From contig JAFGQS010000102.1 in NCBI GenBank assembly GCA_016935565.1, positions 1 through 18,997 of the forward strand: 18,997 nucleotides of DNA, in the 5' to 3' direction. Below the pieces are notes generated by a model, which was not told the origin of the DNA, searched no databases, and was given only the letters and a program-made list of their open reading frames with translations. Positions within the stretch are counted from its first letter, which is position 1. Each line of letters starts with the position of its first letter. Below are positions 1 to 7,264 of this stretch, piece after piece. Both the position numbers and the translations under genes were made by a program. The DNA is from Deltaproteobacteria bacterium. Lineage in GTDB: Bacteria; Desulfobacterota; Syntrophia; Syntrophales; UBA6807.

Positions 1-77
1 GGCTCCGTCCTCATCCATATGAATTTGCCCTTTACTACGACATTTAAAAATTAATAATAAATTTGGAGGTTGAGACA

Positions 78-1349
78 ATGCAACTTGAAATGATCGGTAT
101 ATTGCTGGGAGCCCTTGCTATTATGATTATTATCATCTATATCAAGGCAAATATGAAAATATGTTCTCCGAACGAAGTGATGATCTTCTCGGGGAGAAAA
201 TTTAAGGACAAAAAAGACAAACGTGTTTTAGGCTACCGTGTAATAAGAGGTGGCAGGGCCCTGAAGGTACCCCTTGTTGAAACTGTACACACATTATCTT
301 TAAACACGGTACCCATTGAGATGGATGTAGCCGGTGCCTTAACGAAAGGAACAATACCGGTAAATGTTAAGGCTATGGCAAATGTCAAAGTGGCCGGCTC
401 AACAGAACAGGGTCTCGAAAACGCAATTGAAAGATTCCTGGGAAAAAGTCAGTCTGCCATCGCGACCACTGCGAGAGAGATACTTGAAGGAACGTTGCGT
501 GGTCTTCTGGCAACGATGGAACCGGAAGAGGCCAATGCCGGTCGTATAGCACTTGGTCGTGATGTTGCTAATGAGGCACGGGAAGATTTACAGCGCATGG
601 GATTGATTCTGGATACAATAAGGATTCAGGAAATCATGGATGATAAAGGATACCTTGATGCAATTGCGAGAAAGAAAAACGCGGAAGTACACCGAGACGC
701 CCGTATTGTTGAAGCTGAAGCCAACGCTGAAGCGAGCGAAAAAGAAGCCGAGGGAAAACGAATAGCTCAAGTCGCTGAGATTGAGGCACGACGTTCCGTT
801 GTTGAATCCGAAACATCTTTTAGGGTGCAACAGGCCGAATGGTTATCGGGAGCTAACCGGGCGGAAGAAAAGGCCAAGATTGCCGGAGAAATATCCCGCA
901 TGGAAGAAATGAAGATACTGGAAGAAAGGAAGGTAGATGCCAGCCGGTTAAAATACACAGCGGAAGTCATCATTCCTGCCGAAGCGGAAAAGGAAGCACT
1001 GAGCATGAGGGCTGCCGGAAATGCTGCTGCCACGTATGAGGAAGGAAAAGCAAAAGCTGAAGCTCTCCGTCTCCTGCGAGAACAATGGGAAAAACAGGAC
1101 AGCAAGGATCTCTTTATGATCCAGTTGCTCCCGGAACTGGTTGAAAAGGTGACCGGAGTCATCGGCTCCAATCTCTCAGTTGAAAGGCTCACCGTCGTCG
1201 ACGGAGGAGGAAATGGGGGGGGGATACCTCACCTGGTTGGAAGTCTGGCAGGATCGGTTAATGCCTTTTTCGAACAGCTCAAGACGTTGACAGGTATTGA
1301 TGTCGCCCGGAAAATCGACGAACATAGCGGAGCCGGCTTGTTAAAATAG
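78..1349 (+). CDS. Flotillin-like SPFH/band-7 family membrane protein. It has an N-terminal membrane hairpin, an SPFH domain, and a Glu/Ala-rich coiled-coil (flotillin EA-repeat region).
   Basis: The hydrophobic N-terminus (IGILLGALAIMIIIIY) is followed by SPNEVMIFSG, which resembles the flotillin PNEALI(V)TG motif. A long AEAEANAEASEKEAEGKRIAQ-type coiled-coil follows. GGAGG at 65-69 lies 8 nt upstream of ATG 78. The ORF track's TTG at 63 is a less likely start. Confidence 0.8.
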   Translation: MQLEMIGILLGALAIMIIIIYIKANMKICSPNEVMIFSGRKFKDKKDKRVLGYRVIRGGRALKVPLVETVHTLSLNTVPIEMDVAGALTKGTIPVNVKAMANVKVAGSTEQGLENAIERFLGKSQSAIATTAREILEGTLRGLLATMEPEEANAGRIALGRDVANEAREDLQRMGLILDTIRIQEIMDDKGYLDAIARKKNAEVHRDARIVEAEANAEASEKEAEGKRIAQVAEIEARRSVVESETSFRVQQAEWLSGANRAEEKAKIAGEISRMEEMKILEERKVDASRLKYTAEVIIPAEAEKEALSMRAAGNAAATYEEGKAKAEALRLLREQWEKQDSKDLFMIQLLPELVEKVTGVIGSNLSVERLTVVDGGGNGGGIPHLVGSLAGSVNAFFEQLKTLTGIDVARKIDEHSGAGLLK

Positions 1350-1390
1350 TCGTGTGCCGTCAAACATACCATTGTTACACCAGAGGGATA

Positions 1391-1409
1391 CTTCGCCCAA
1401 CGGGCGAAG
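1391..1409 (+). terminator. GC-rich stem-loop (8-bp perfect stem CTTCGCCC/GGGCGAAG, 3-nt loop) located 42 nt downstream of the flotillin stop. It has no U-tract.
   Basis: The inverted repeat was read directly from the sequence. The downstream sequence CATCCCCCC is not U-rich, so classical intrinsic-terminator function is uncertain. It could equally be a 3'-end stabiliser, or a bidirectional element for the convergent gene pair. Confidence 0.3.
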
Positions 1410-1653
1410 CATCCCCCCTGGAAATACTCTCCCCGTTTCAGATTCACACCATGAAATCGGTTGCCCCACATAAAAGAATCATCTGTGGTCATCTGCACTC
1501 TGCTTGCCGACCATTGGCTGCGTCCGATCGTCATACCGTTCAGAAATGATATATGATCGACATTATTGTTGATTCGTATCTGAGCTTACCCCGCACTCAG
1601 TCGGGGCAGAAATAGCGACAGGGCGCCTGCAATAAACGAACTTTCATCGCAGG

Positions 1654-2919
1654 CTATACGGGTCTATAGGAAGGAATGACGTTGAGCGCCATGTTGACGA
1701 TTCCATCGACGATTGATTGGAGCCAGCTCACACCGATCGATGCAACATCGGCATCCAGTGCCTGAATCATATGAGTATACCCTCGATCCTCTTTTGCCGC
1801 TATATTATTTATTGCCTGAATAAAAGAGGTTCTTTCGGTTTCCGCAATAGCCACTTCATTCTGTTCCGAAAAGCATTGTCCAAGGGGTGTCCAATTATTC
1901 AGAAGTTCAGCCTGCTGCTGAAGGATTATGTCTTTTTGTTGCCCCTGAAGGATATCCCTTCCCACCTGAATTGATTGTTCCATTTTTTGCGACAGTGCTT
2001 CGAAACGTTTCAAACGTTCGCTGACTGCCATCTCCAGTTTTTCCAGAGCACCCTCGAATAGACCGTCACCGAGTTCCTGCTTCTTGAAAAACGGTTTTCG
2101 CACGTGGATATACCACTGTCGCAGAGCAAGCAAGTTTGCCAGATAGACGATATTATTCAATACCCTTCTCTGGATGTTTCCATAGAAGCCTGGATGAAAA
2201 TGTTTTTCATACGCTTCTTCGCTGTTCCCGCCGATGAGATTACCACCGTCGTGACAATCACCTCTATACACCGTCCCCGCTGCGATAACCGTCCCGTAAC
2301 CTATTCTCGCCGGTCCGACCAATCCCCCCTGCCCTCCCAGGAATATAGGCGGCTGATTGAGCATGACCCCCCGGGGTACGTCACCGATGAGGGACGCCGT
2401 TGCCTTATCCTGATTGGGTGTATAATTGAAATGGATATAAGAACTGCCCACTTCACTGTGGTTCTTTCTGCTCGTCCCTCCGGCCATGAAGCAGTCGCAG
2501 AAATTGATCAGGCTCCCCAGTGTGACGAAGGGAAACAGTATGGTCTGTTTGAGCCCGACCGTGTGACTGCCGTTCGCCTCTTCCTCAAGTATGCAACCCT
2601 CTCGAACCTGAGCTCCGTATGCCATGTTCGCCTTTTCCAGAAAGACCGATTCCTTGAAATATCCTCCCTTCAGCTCGACCTCGGGTCCGAGCTGACAATT
2701 GACAATTGTTACAGGGGCTTCATATCCCAGTTGCGTTTTTGATGAAATAAGGGTGCGTACACCGTATATCTTTGTTCCCGCATGAAATATGGTCCCATCA
2801 CCTGATATTCTGTCGATGTCGACATCCTCACCTATTTCGATGGAAAACGGTGCAGGGATTTTCACTCCCTTATCGATTAATTGAATGACTTTTTCCGACA
2901 ATCTATCTGCCTTTTTCAT
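1654..2919 (-). CDS. Hexapeptide-repeat (left-handed beta-helix, LbH) acyl/acetyltransferase-superfamily protein with a roughly 190-aa alpha-helical C-terminal domain. Exact function unknown.
   Basis: There are many tandem [LIV]-G-x-x-x-x hexapeptides (IGEDVD, ISGDGT, IFHAGT, IYGVRT ... LGGQGG, LVGPAR, IGYGTV, IAAGTV). No nucleotidyltransferase GxGTRL-type N-terminal domain is present. A strong SD (AAGGAAGG) sits just upstream of ATG 2919. The gene is the last in the glmM-nagB cluster. Confidence 0.55.
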   Translation of the reverse strand: MKKADRLSEKVIQLIDKGVKIPAPFSIEIGEDVDIDRISGDGTIFHAGTKIYGVRTLISSKTQLGYEAPVTIVNCQLGPEVELKGGYFKESVFLEKANMAYGAQVREGCILEEEANGSHTVGLKQTILFPFVTLGSLINFCDCFMAGGTSRKNHSEVGSSYIHFNYTPNQDKATASLIGDVPRGVMLNQPPIFLGGQGGLVGPARIGYGTVIAAGTVYRGDCHDGGNLIGGNSEEAYEKHFHPGFYGNIQRRVLNNIVYLANLLALRQWYIHVRKPFFKKQELGDGLFEGALEKLEMAVSERLKRFEALSQKMEQSIQVGRDILQGQQKDIILQQQAELLNNWTPLGQCFSEQNEVAIAETERTSFIQAINNIAAKEDRGYTHMIQALDADVASIGVSWLQSIVDGIVNMALNVIPSYRPV

Positions 2920-2995
2920 TGTCCTTCCTTATATCAACAATTCCGGTTTTCACCGATAGTAGATTTGACGGTGGAGGGATATCCACTCCGCAGGG

Positions 2996-3964
2996 TTACA
3001 CTTGATTACTAATATCTTTGACTTCAATCCCCCGTTTTTCGATTTCAGAAATGCAGTCAACCACGTGTTCCGCAGCCTCCACATCGATGACATAGATCAT
3101 TTCACCGCCGTTATTCGAAAAAACCTGTCCATAGGATATGGGGATCATCGGCGAAGGATCGTTCAGCAGCGATTCAGCGACAGGACCCGCCTTTCTCTTT
3201 CCGCTTGCAAGAAGAACCACCTTTTTTGCCTGATAGACGAGCTCGGCACCCATAGAAATTGCATACCAGGGACTTTTGTTTTTGCTGCTGAAATGCCCGT
3301 CTTCAACGGCATTCGAAACAGTGTTGTCGTCGAGCCGGACAAGGAGCATCCGGTTGCCCTCAAAAGGAATACCCGACTCATGGAACGCCACATGGCCTTT
3401 TCCACCCACTCCGACGATGTGTAGGTCAATTCCTCCCCGCTCTTCGATTTTCTCCGCGTAGGAATCGAGTACTTCATCTCTTACCCAGGAGAGATACGAT
3501 GATTTGGCATCCTTCCGGATGACGATGGCTTTGCCATTATCCTTTCCCTGTTCTTCCCAGTCATTCGGATTCGCTTTCAGTTCTTCTTCAAGCCTGTCCT
3601 GATCGATCAAAGTACCCCAGGGGACGTTCGTCTCTTTAAATTTTGTCGGTAAGAGTCCGAAGAGTTCCTGAATCATAAAGAAACTGTAACTTTCGGGATG
3701 AAGCGCACGCTGCTGGGCGTTTTCTCCGGGGAGACCAACATATTCATCCAGATTGAAACTTTCGACCTTTGTAGGATCAAATTTTCCCTCACCGGCCGCC
3801 TTGGCAAGCAGTTTATACAGGCCGGTAGGTGAATTGCCCGTCGCTAATCCCATGACATAATTATCCCGTCTATCAAGGGTACTTACAACATCCTCGATAA
3901 CGATATCAGCTCCGACCGCACTCATCTGCTCAAAATCTCTTGTTATCAATACTTTAAAGGACAT
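2996..3964 (-). CDS. nagB: Glucosamine-6-phosphate deaminase/isomerase (NagB family), long form with a roughly 55-aa internal insertion.
   Basis: GLATGNSPTG, FNLDEYVGLP and HIVGVGGKGHVAFHE match the NagB/6-phosphogluconolactonase-fold signatures (E. coli LGLPTGGTP, FNMDEYVGLP, GGVGNDGHIAFNEP). The ATG at 3964 is preceded by GAGGAG at -9. The GTG at 3973 in the ORF track is a less likely start. Confidence 0.85.
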   Translation of the reverse strand: MSFKVLITRDFEQMSAVGADIVIEDVVSTLDRRDNYVMGLATGNSPTGLYKLLAKAAGEGKFDPTKVESFNLDEYVGLPGENAQQRALHPESYSFFMIQELFGLLPTKFKETNVPWGTLIDQDRLEEELKANPNDWEEQGKDNGKAIVIRKDAKSSYLSWVRDEVLDSYAEKIEERGGIDLHIVGVGGKGHVAFHESGIPFEGNRMLLVRLDDNTVSNAVEDGHFSSKNKSPWYAISMGAELVYQAKKVVLLASGKRKAGPVAESLLNDPSPMIPISYGQVFSNNGGEMIYVIDVEAAEHVVDCISEIEKRGIEVKDISNQV

Positions 3965-4031
3965 ACGTTCCACTCCTCAACTCAGTGATTGTGAATCTCT
4001 CTTCCTGTTACATCGTCCTGGTCGCATATCA

Positions 4032-5381
4032 TCAACCGATGGTTTTTTTGATGATGTCAGCAATCTGACTGCAGTATTTCTCCGTCTCCGTATCGGAGGG
4101 TCCTTCTACCATAACCCGACACATATTCTGCGTTCCCGAGTATCTGACAAGAACCCTTCCCGTATCTCCCAGTTTTTTCTCAACAGATTCGATGGCTTTT
4201 ACGATTTCGGGTACCTCCGATATATCCGGCTTGGATTTTACGTCAACATTGATCAGCTTTTGCGGATACACCTTCATTATACGTGCAAGTTCCGACAGGG
4301 GCTTTCCATTCTTCAGCATTGCCCCCATAACCTGCAATGCCGAGACAATGCCATCGCCTGTCGTATGATGGTGGAGAAAAATAAGGTGTCCCGATTCCTC
4401 TCCACCGATCGAAGCACCTCTCGCTCTCATCTCTTCCAGTACGTACCGGTCACCTACCTTCGTTGAGACTTGCTCTATGCCGAGAGACTTGAGGGCAACG
4501 CCGAGACCTATGTTACTCATGACGGTGCTTACAATGATGTTATTATCAAGGGAACCTTCTGCTTTCATGACTTTTGCACAGAGCGCCATAATCTGGTCTC
4601 CCGTCAGCACCTGTCCCTTTTCGTCAACTGCAATGAGCCGGTCCCCATCACCATCAAAGGCAAAACCAACGTCTGCTTTTTGCTTTATCACTTCTTCCGC
4701 TAATTTCTCAGGATGTTGTGAGCCACAGTTGTCGTTGATATTCTTCCCGTTTGGCTCTGCAAATAACGTGATCACTTCGGCACCAAGCTCAAAAAATGTC
4801 TGAGGTGCTACCCGGTAGGTAGCCCCATGAGAACAGTCCAGCACTATCCTGGTTCCCTCCAGCGTATATTCCTTTGGAAAAGTATTCTTCAGAAAGACAA
4901 TATATCGATCTCTTGCCCCTTCGATCCTGTAAGCCTTCCCAAGTTCATGGGGAGAGGGGTGAAGTGTCTGCATATTGTTTGAGTTGATCAGGTTTTCGAT
5001 TTCGTCTTCCTTTTCATCGGGCAATTTATATCCATCATTTGAAAAGATTTTTATTCCGTTATCCTGGAAGGGATTATGGGATGCAGATATCACGATACCC
5101 GCGTCAGCGCGCATGTTACTTGTCAGATAAGCTATTCCGGGGGTAGGCATTGTTCCTACCAGAACCGCGTTGACTCCCATTGAGCATATGCCCGATACAA
5201 GAGCATTTTCAAGGACATAACCTGAGATACGCGTGTCTTTGCCGATTATTATGCTTGGATTATGTCCTTTCCTCTTGAAAAGATGTGCCGTTGCTCTTCC
5301 GATGTTTAAGGCCATCTCGGAGGTCATCGGATACTCATTGGCTACCCCCCTTACACCGTCCGTTCCAAACAGTCTTCCCAT
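4032..5381 (-). CDS. glmM: Phosphoglucosamine mutase.
   Basis: The N-terminus MGRLFGTDGVRG and the phosphoserine-loop-like SASHNPFQDNGIKIF are canonical for GlmM (alpha-D-phosphohexomutase family). GAGGAG lies 8 nt upstream of the ATG. Confidence 0.95.
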   Translation of the reverse strand: MGRLFGTDGVRGVANEYPMTSEMALNIGRATAHLFKRKGHNPSIIIGKDTRISGYVLENALVSGICSMGVNAVLVGTMPTPGIAYLTSNMRADAGIVISASHNPFQDNGIKIFSNDGYKLPDEKEDEIENLINSNNMQTLHPSPHELGKAYRIEGARDRYIVFLKNTFPKEYTLEGTRIVLDCSHGATYRVAPQTFFELGAEVITLFAEPNGKNINDNCGSQHPEKLAEEVIKQKADVGFAFDGDGDRLIAVDEKGQVLTGDQIMALCAKVMKAEGSLDNNIIVSTVMSNIGLGVALKSLGIEQVSTKVGDRYVLEEMRARGASIGGEESGHLIFLHHHTTGDGIVSALQVMGAMLKNGKPLSELARIMKVYPQKLINVDVKSKPDISEVPEIVKAIESVEKKLGDTGRVLVRYSGTQNMCRVMVEGPSDTETEKYCSQIADIIKKTIG

Positions 5382-5616
5382 AATCTTTCTCCTCGCCTTT
5401 ATTTACAGTTTAAAAATCTGAAAATGGTCAACTTTGCGTACCCGTTTCAGCATCTATTTTCATTGCATTCGTCCAAGAATCAACCGTTGAAGGCAAATCC
5501 TTGTTCTATGACCAAGTTACCGACACAACGATTTGTAGTATAGTGTCTATCCATATCAGCAAACGACATTATTCTTGCGGTTTTTTAAGTCATTGTTTAT
5601 ATTCAACACTCCGACC

Positions 5617-5666
5617 GGAGGTATCTGATAAGTGGAGGGATGAAATTGTGATGAAACCTCCTTTTT
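5617..5666 (+). terminator. Terminator-like hairpin on the plus strand. GGAGG(T), present at 5617-5622 and again at 5634-5638, can pair with ACCTCC at 5656-5661, which is followed by TTTTT.
   Basis: Seen directly in the sequence. It lies in the 389-bp AT-rich intergenic region between glmM (start) and gltA (stop), where no annotated plus-strand transcript is expected. The stem is short (5-6 bp) and the loop is long. Confidence 0.25.
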
Positions 5667-5770
5667 GGGCGAGAAGTATAGGCAAAATGAGTTTGTTATG
5701 TCAATACAATTTTATAATCCACCATAGTACCAGCCAAAAACCCTGATTATGACAATCACACGTGTAAGAA

Positions 5771-7147
5771 TCACAAATACGACGCAGAAGATCGGTATTT
5801 TGTTTCGAATGTTTTTTCAACCGATTGCGGATAAAGTCTTCTTCCATTTACTTCTTTCGGTTTCCGCTCTGGAATGGGAATATAATCTCTTTTTCCCGGG
5901 CCACTATAAACCTGACGGGGGCGACAGAGTTTTCCCCTTGGATCCTCGCGGCTTTCTTTCCACTGACTGATCCATCCTGGCAATCGGCCGATGGCGAACA
6001 TAACCGTAAACATATCAAGAGGGATACCTATTGCCCTGAGAAACATACCGCTGTAAAAGTCAATATTGGGATACAGTTTGTTATCAATGAAATATGAATC
6101 TCTCAGGGCTGTTTCCTCAAGTTTCATGGCAATATCGAGAAGCGGATCATTAAAGTCACGTTTTTCCAGAATTCTGTAGCACATTTTCTTCATGATTCGG
6201 CCCCGGGGATCGTAATTCTTGTAAATACTATGACCGAATCCCATCAAGCGAAACGGATCATTTTTGTCCTTTGCTCTCGCAACGAACGGTGCCGGATCAC
6301 CACCTCTGTCATAAATCTCCTGGAGCATCTCGACGACCGCCTGGTTCGCACCGCCATGCAGTGGGCCCCACAGAGCACTGATACCTGTCGAGATTGCCGC
6401 ATAGAGATTTACCCGGGCACTTCCTACGAGACGCACAGCCGACGTAGAACAATTCTGTTCATGGTCCGCATGGAGAATCCAGAAAACATTGAGGGCACTC
6501 ACCATATCCTCATCAATGACATAGGGACGGACTGCCGAGTCGAACATCATATTAAGAAAATTTGCACAGTAGCTTAAAAAATATGACGGATATACAACCG
6601 GCATTCCCTTGGATATTCTGTATGACATGGCAGCCATGGTTCTCAGCTTCGAAAGAAGCCGTGCAAACGCTTTGTTAATCTCGGCTTCTTCCGACCGTTC
6701 CGGAATTTCAGGATAGAAGGCCCTTAAGGCATTGACCATCGATGAAAGAATGCCCATCGGATGCGCACCCCTGGGATATCGTTCGAAGAAGTGACGCATA
6801 TCTTCATGTACGAGAGAATGATCATTCAGCATGGCTGAAAAGTCAGAAAGTTCTTCTTTCGTCGGCAATTCCCCGGTGATTAAGAGAAAGGCCGTTTCAA
6901 TAAAGCTGGAGTGTTCTGCCAGTCGTTCGATGGGAATGCCCCGATATCGCAGGATTCCCTTCTCACCATCCATATAGGATATGCTGCTCGTACAACTGCC
7001 TGTGTTACCGAATCCCGGGTCATATGTAATAAGTCCTGTTTCCTTACGGAGTCGGGAAATATCAATCGCCCGATTTCCGTCAGTTCCTACCATAACAGGC
7101 AGTTCATAAGACTTTCCATCAACAATGAGGGTGGCAGTCTTTTTCAT
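5771..7147 (-). CDS. gltA: Citrate synthase, type II (hexameric, Gram-negative-like).
   Basis: MKKTATLIVDGKSYELPV...ITYDPGF aligns with E. coli GltA MADTKAKLTLNGDTAVELDV...FTFDPGF, and RPRQVYSGPGKRDY aligns with its C-terminus. I chose ATG 7147 (AGAGGT SD at -9) over the upstream ATG 7186, because 7186 would place a T8/A8 homopolymer (7162-7169) inside the coding region and has a weaker SD. The protein has roughly 28 extra C-terminal residues relative to E. coli. Confidence 0.9.
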   Translation of the reverse strand: MKKTATLIVDGKSYELPVMVGTDGNRAIDISRLRKETGLITYDPGFGNTGSCTSSISYMDGEKGILRYRGIPIERLAEHSSFIETAFLLITGELPTKEELSDFSAMLNDHSLVHEDMRHFFERYPRGAHPMGILSSMVNALRAFYPEIPERSEEAEINKAFARLLSKLRTMAAMSYRISKGMPVVYPSYFLSYCANFLNMMFDSAVRPYVIDEDMVSALNVFWILHADHEQNCSTSAVRLVGSARVNLYAAISTGISALWGPLHGGANQAVVEMLQEIYDRGGDPAPFVARAKDKNDPFRLMGFGHSIYKNYDPRGRIMKKMCYRILEKRDFNDPLLDIAMKLEETALRDSYFIDNKLYPNIDFYSGMFLRAIGIPLDMFTVMFAIGRLPGWISQWKESREDPRGKLCRPRQVYSGPGKRDYIPIPERKPKEVNGRRLYPQSVEKTFETKYRSSASYL

Positions 7148-7226
7148 CGCACGGTTACCTCTTTTTTTTAAATAATCGTTCACCATTGATTTTATTCTGC
7201 CCTACTCGTTACATTCCACGCTCATG

Positions 7227-7255
7227 TATGTAATTTTCATTGTCACGCTTTGCAA
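7227..7255 (-). promoter_or_regulatory. Candidate sigma70-type promoter for gltA. On the minus strand the -35 is TTGCAA (7250-7255), followed by a 17-nt spacer and the -10 TACATA (7227-7232).
   Basis: Hexamer match read on the minus strand upstream of the gltA start. It sits immediately downstream of the stop of the 861-aa gene. Confidence 0.3.
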
Positions 7256-7264
7256 TTTTAACAC

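Noticed and set aside
1-77. A possible sigma70 promoter upstream of the flotillin gene (TTGCCC at 25-30, with TTAAAAAT/TTAATA-like -10 candidates).
   Set aside because: The spacings of the candidate hexamer pairs are 13-14 nt rather than about 17 nt. The window start also truncates the upstream context, which may include an upstream nfeD-like partner gene. I did not call it.
1352-1549. A 65-aa plus-strand ORF and an overlapping 101-aa minus-strand ORF (1229-1534) in the convergent spacer.
   Set aside because: Neither has an SD or conserved motifs. The minus-strand ORF overlaps the flotillin 3' end. Both are likely non-coding.
2104-2742. 212-aa plus-strand ORF antisense to the LbH gene. Similar long antisense ORFs occur at 11338-11955, 10645-11097 and 10916-11242 opposite carB, at 767-1192 opposite the flotillin gene, and at 17474-17992 out of frame within dapL.
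   Set aside because: All of these lie entirely inside confidently assigned genes on the opposite strand or in a different frame. They have low-complexity or odd composition (for example the Ser/Ala/Arg-rich mirror of the EA-repeat region) and no SD or recognisable motifs. They are typical shadow ORFs.
5651-5746. A 31-aa small ORF (MKPPFWARSIGKMSLLCQYNFIIHHSTSQKP) with GGAGG upstream.
   Set aside because: The spacing from the SD to the ATG is long, at 12 nt. The composition is unremarkable and there is no clear transmembrane or signal feature. It cannot be distinguished from a chance ORF in AT-rich intergenic DNA. I kept it only as part of the intergenic-region finding.
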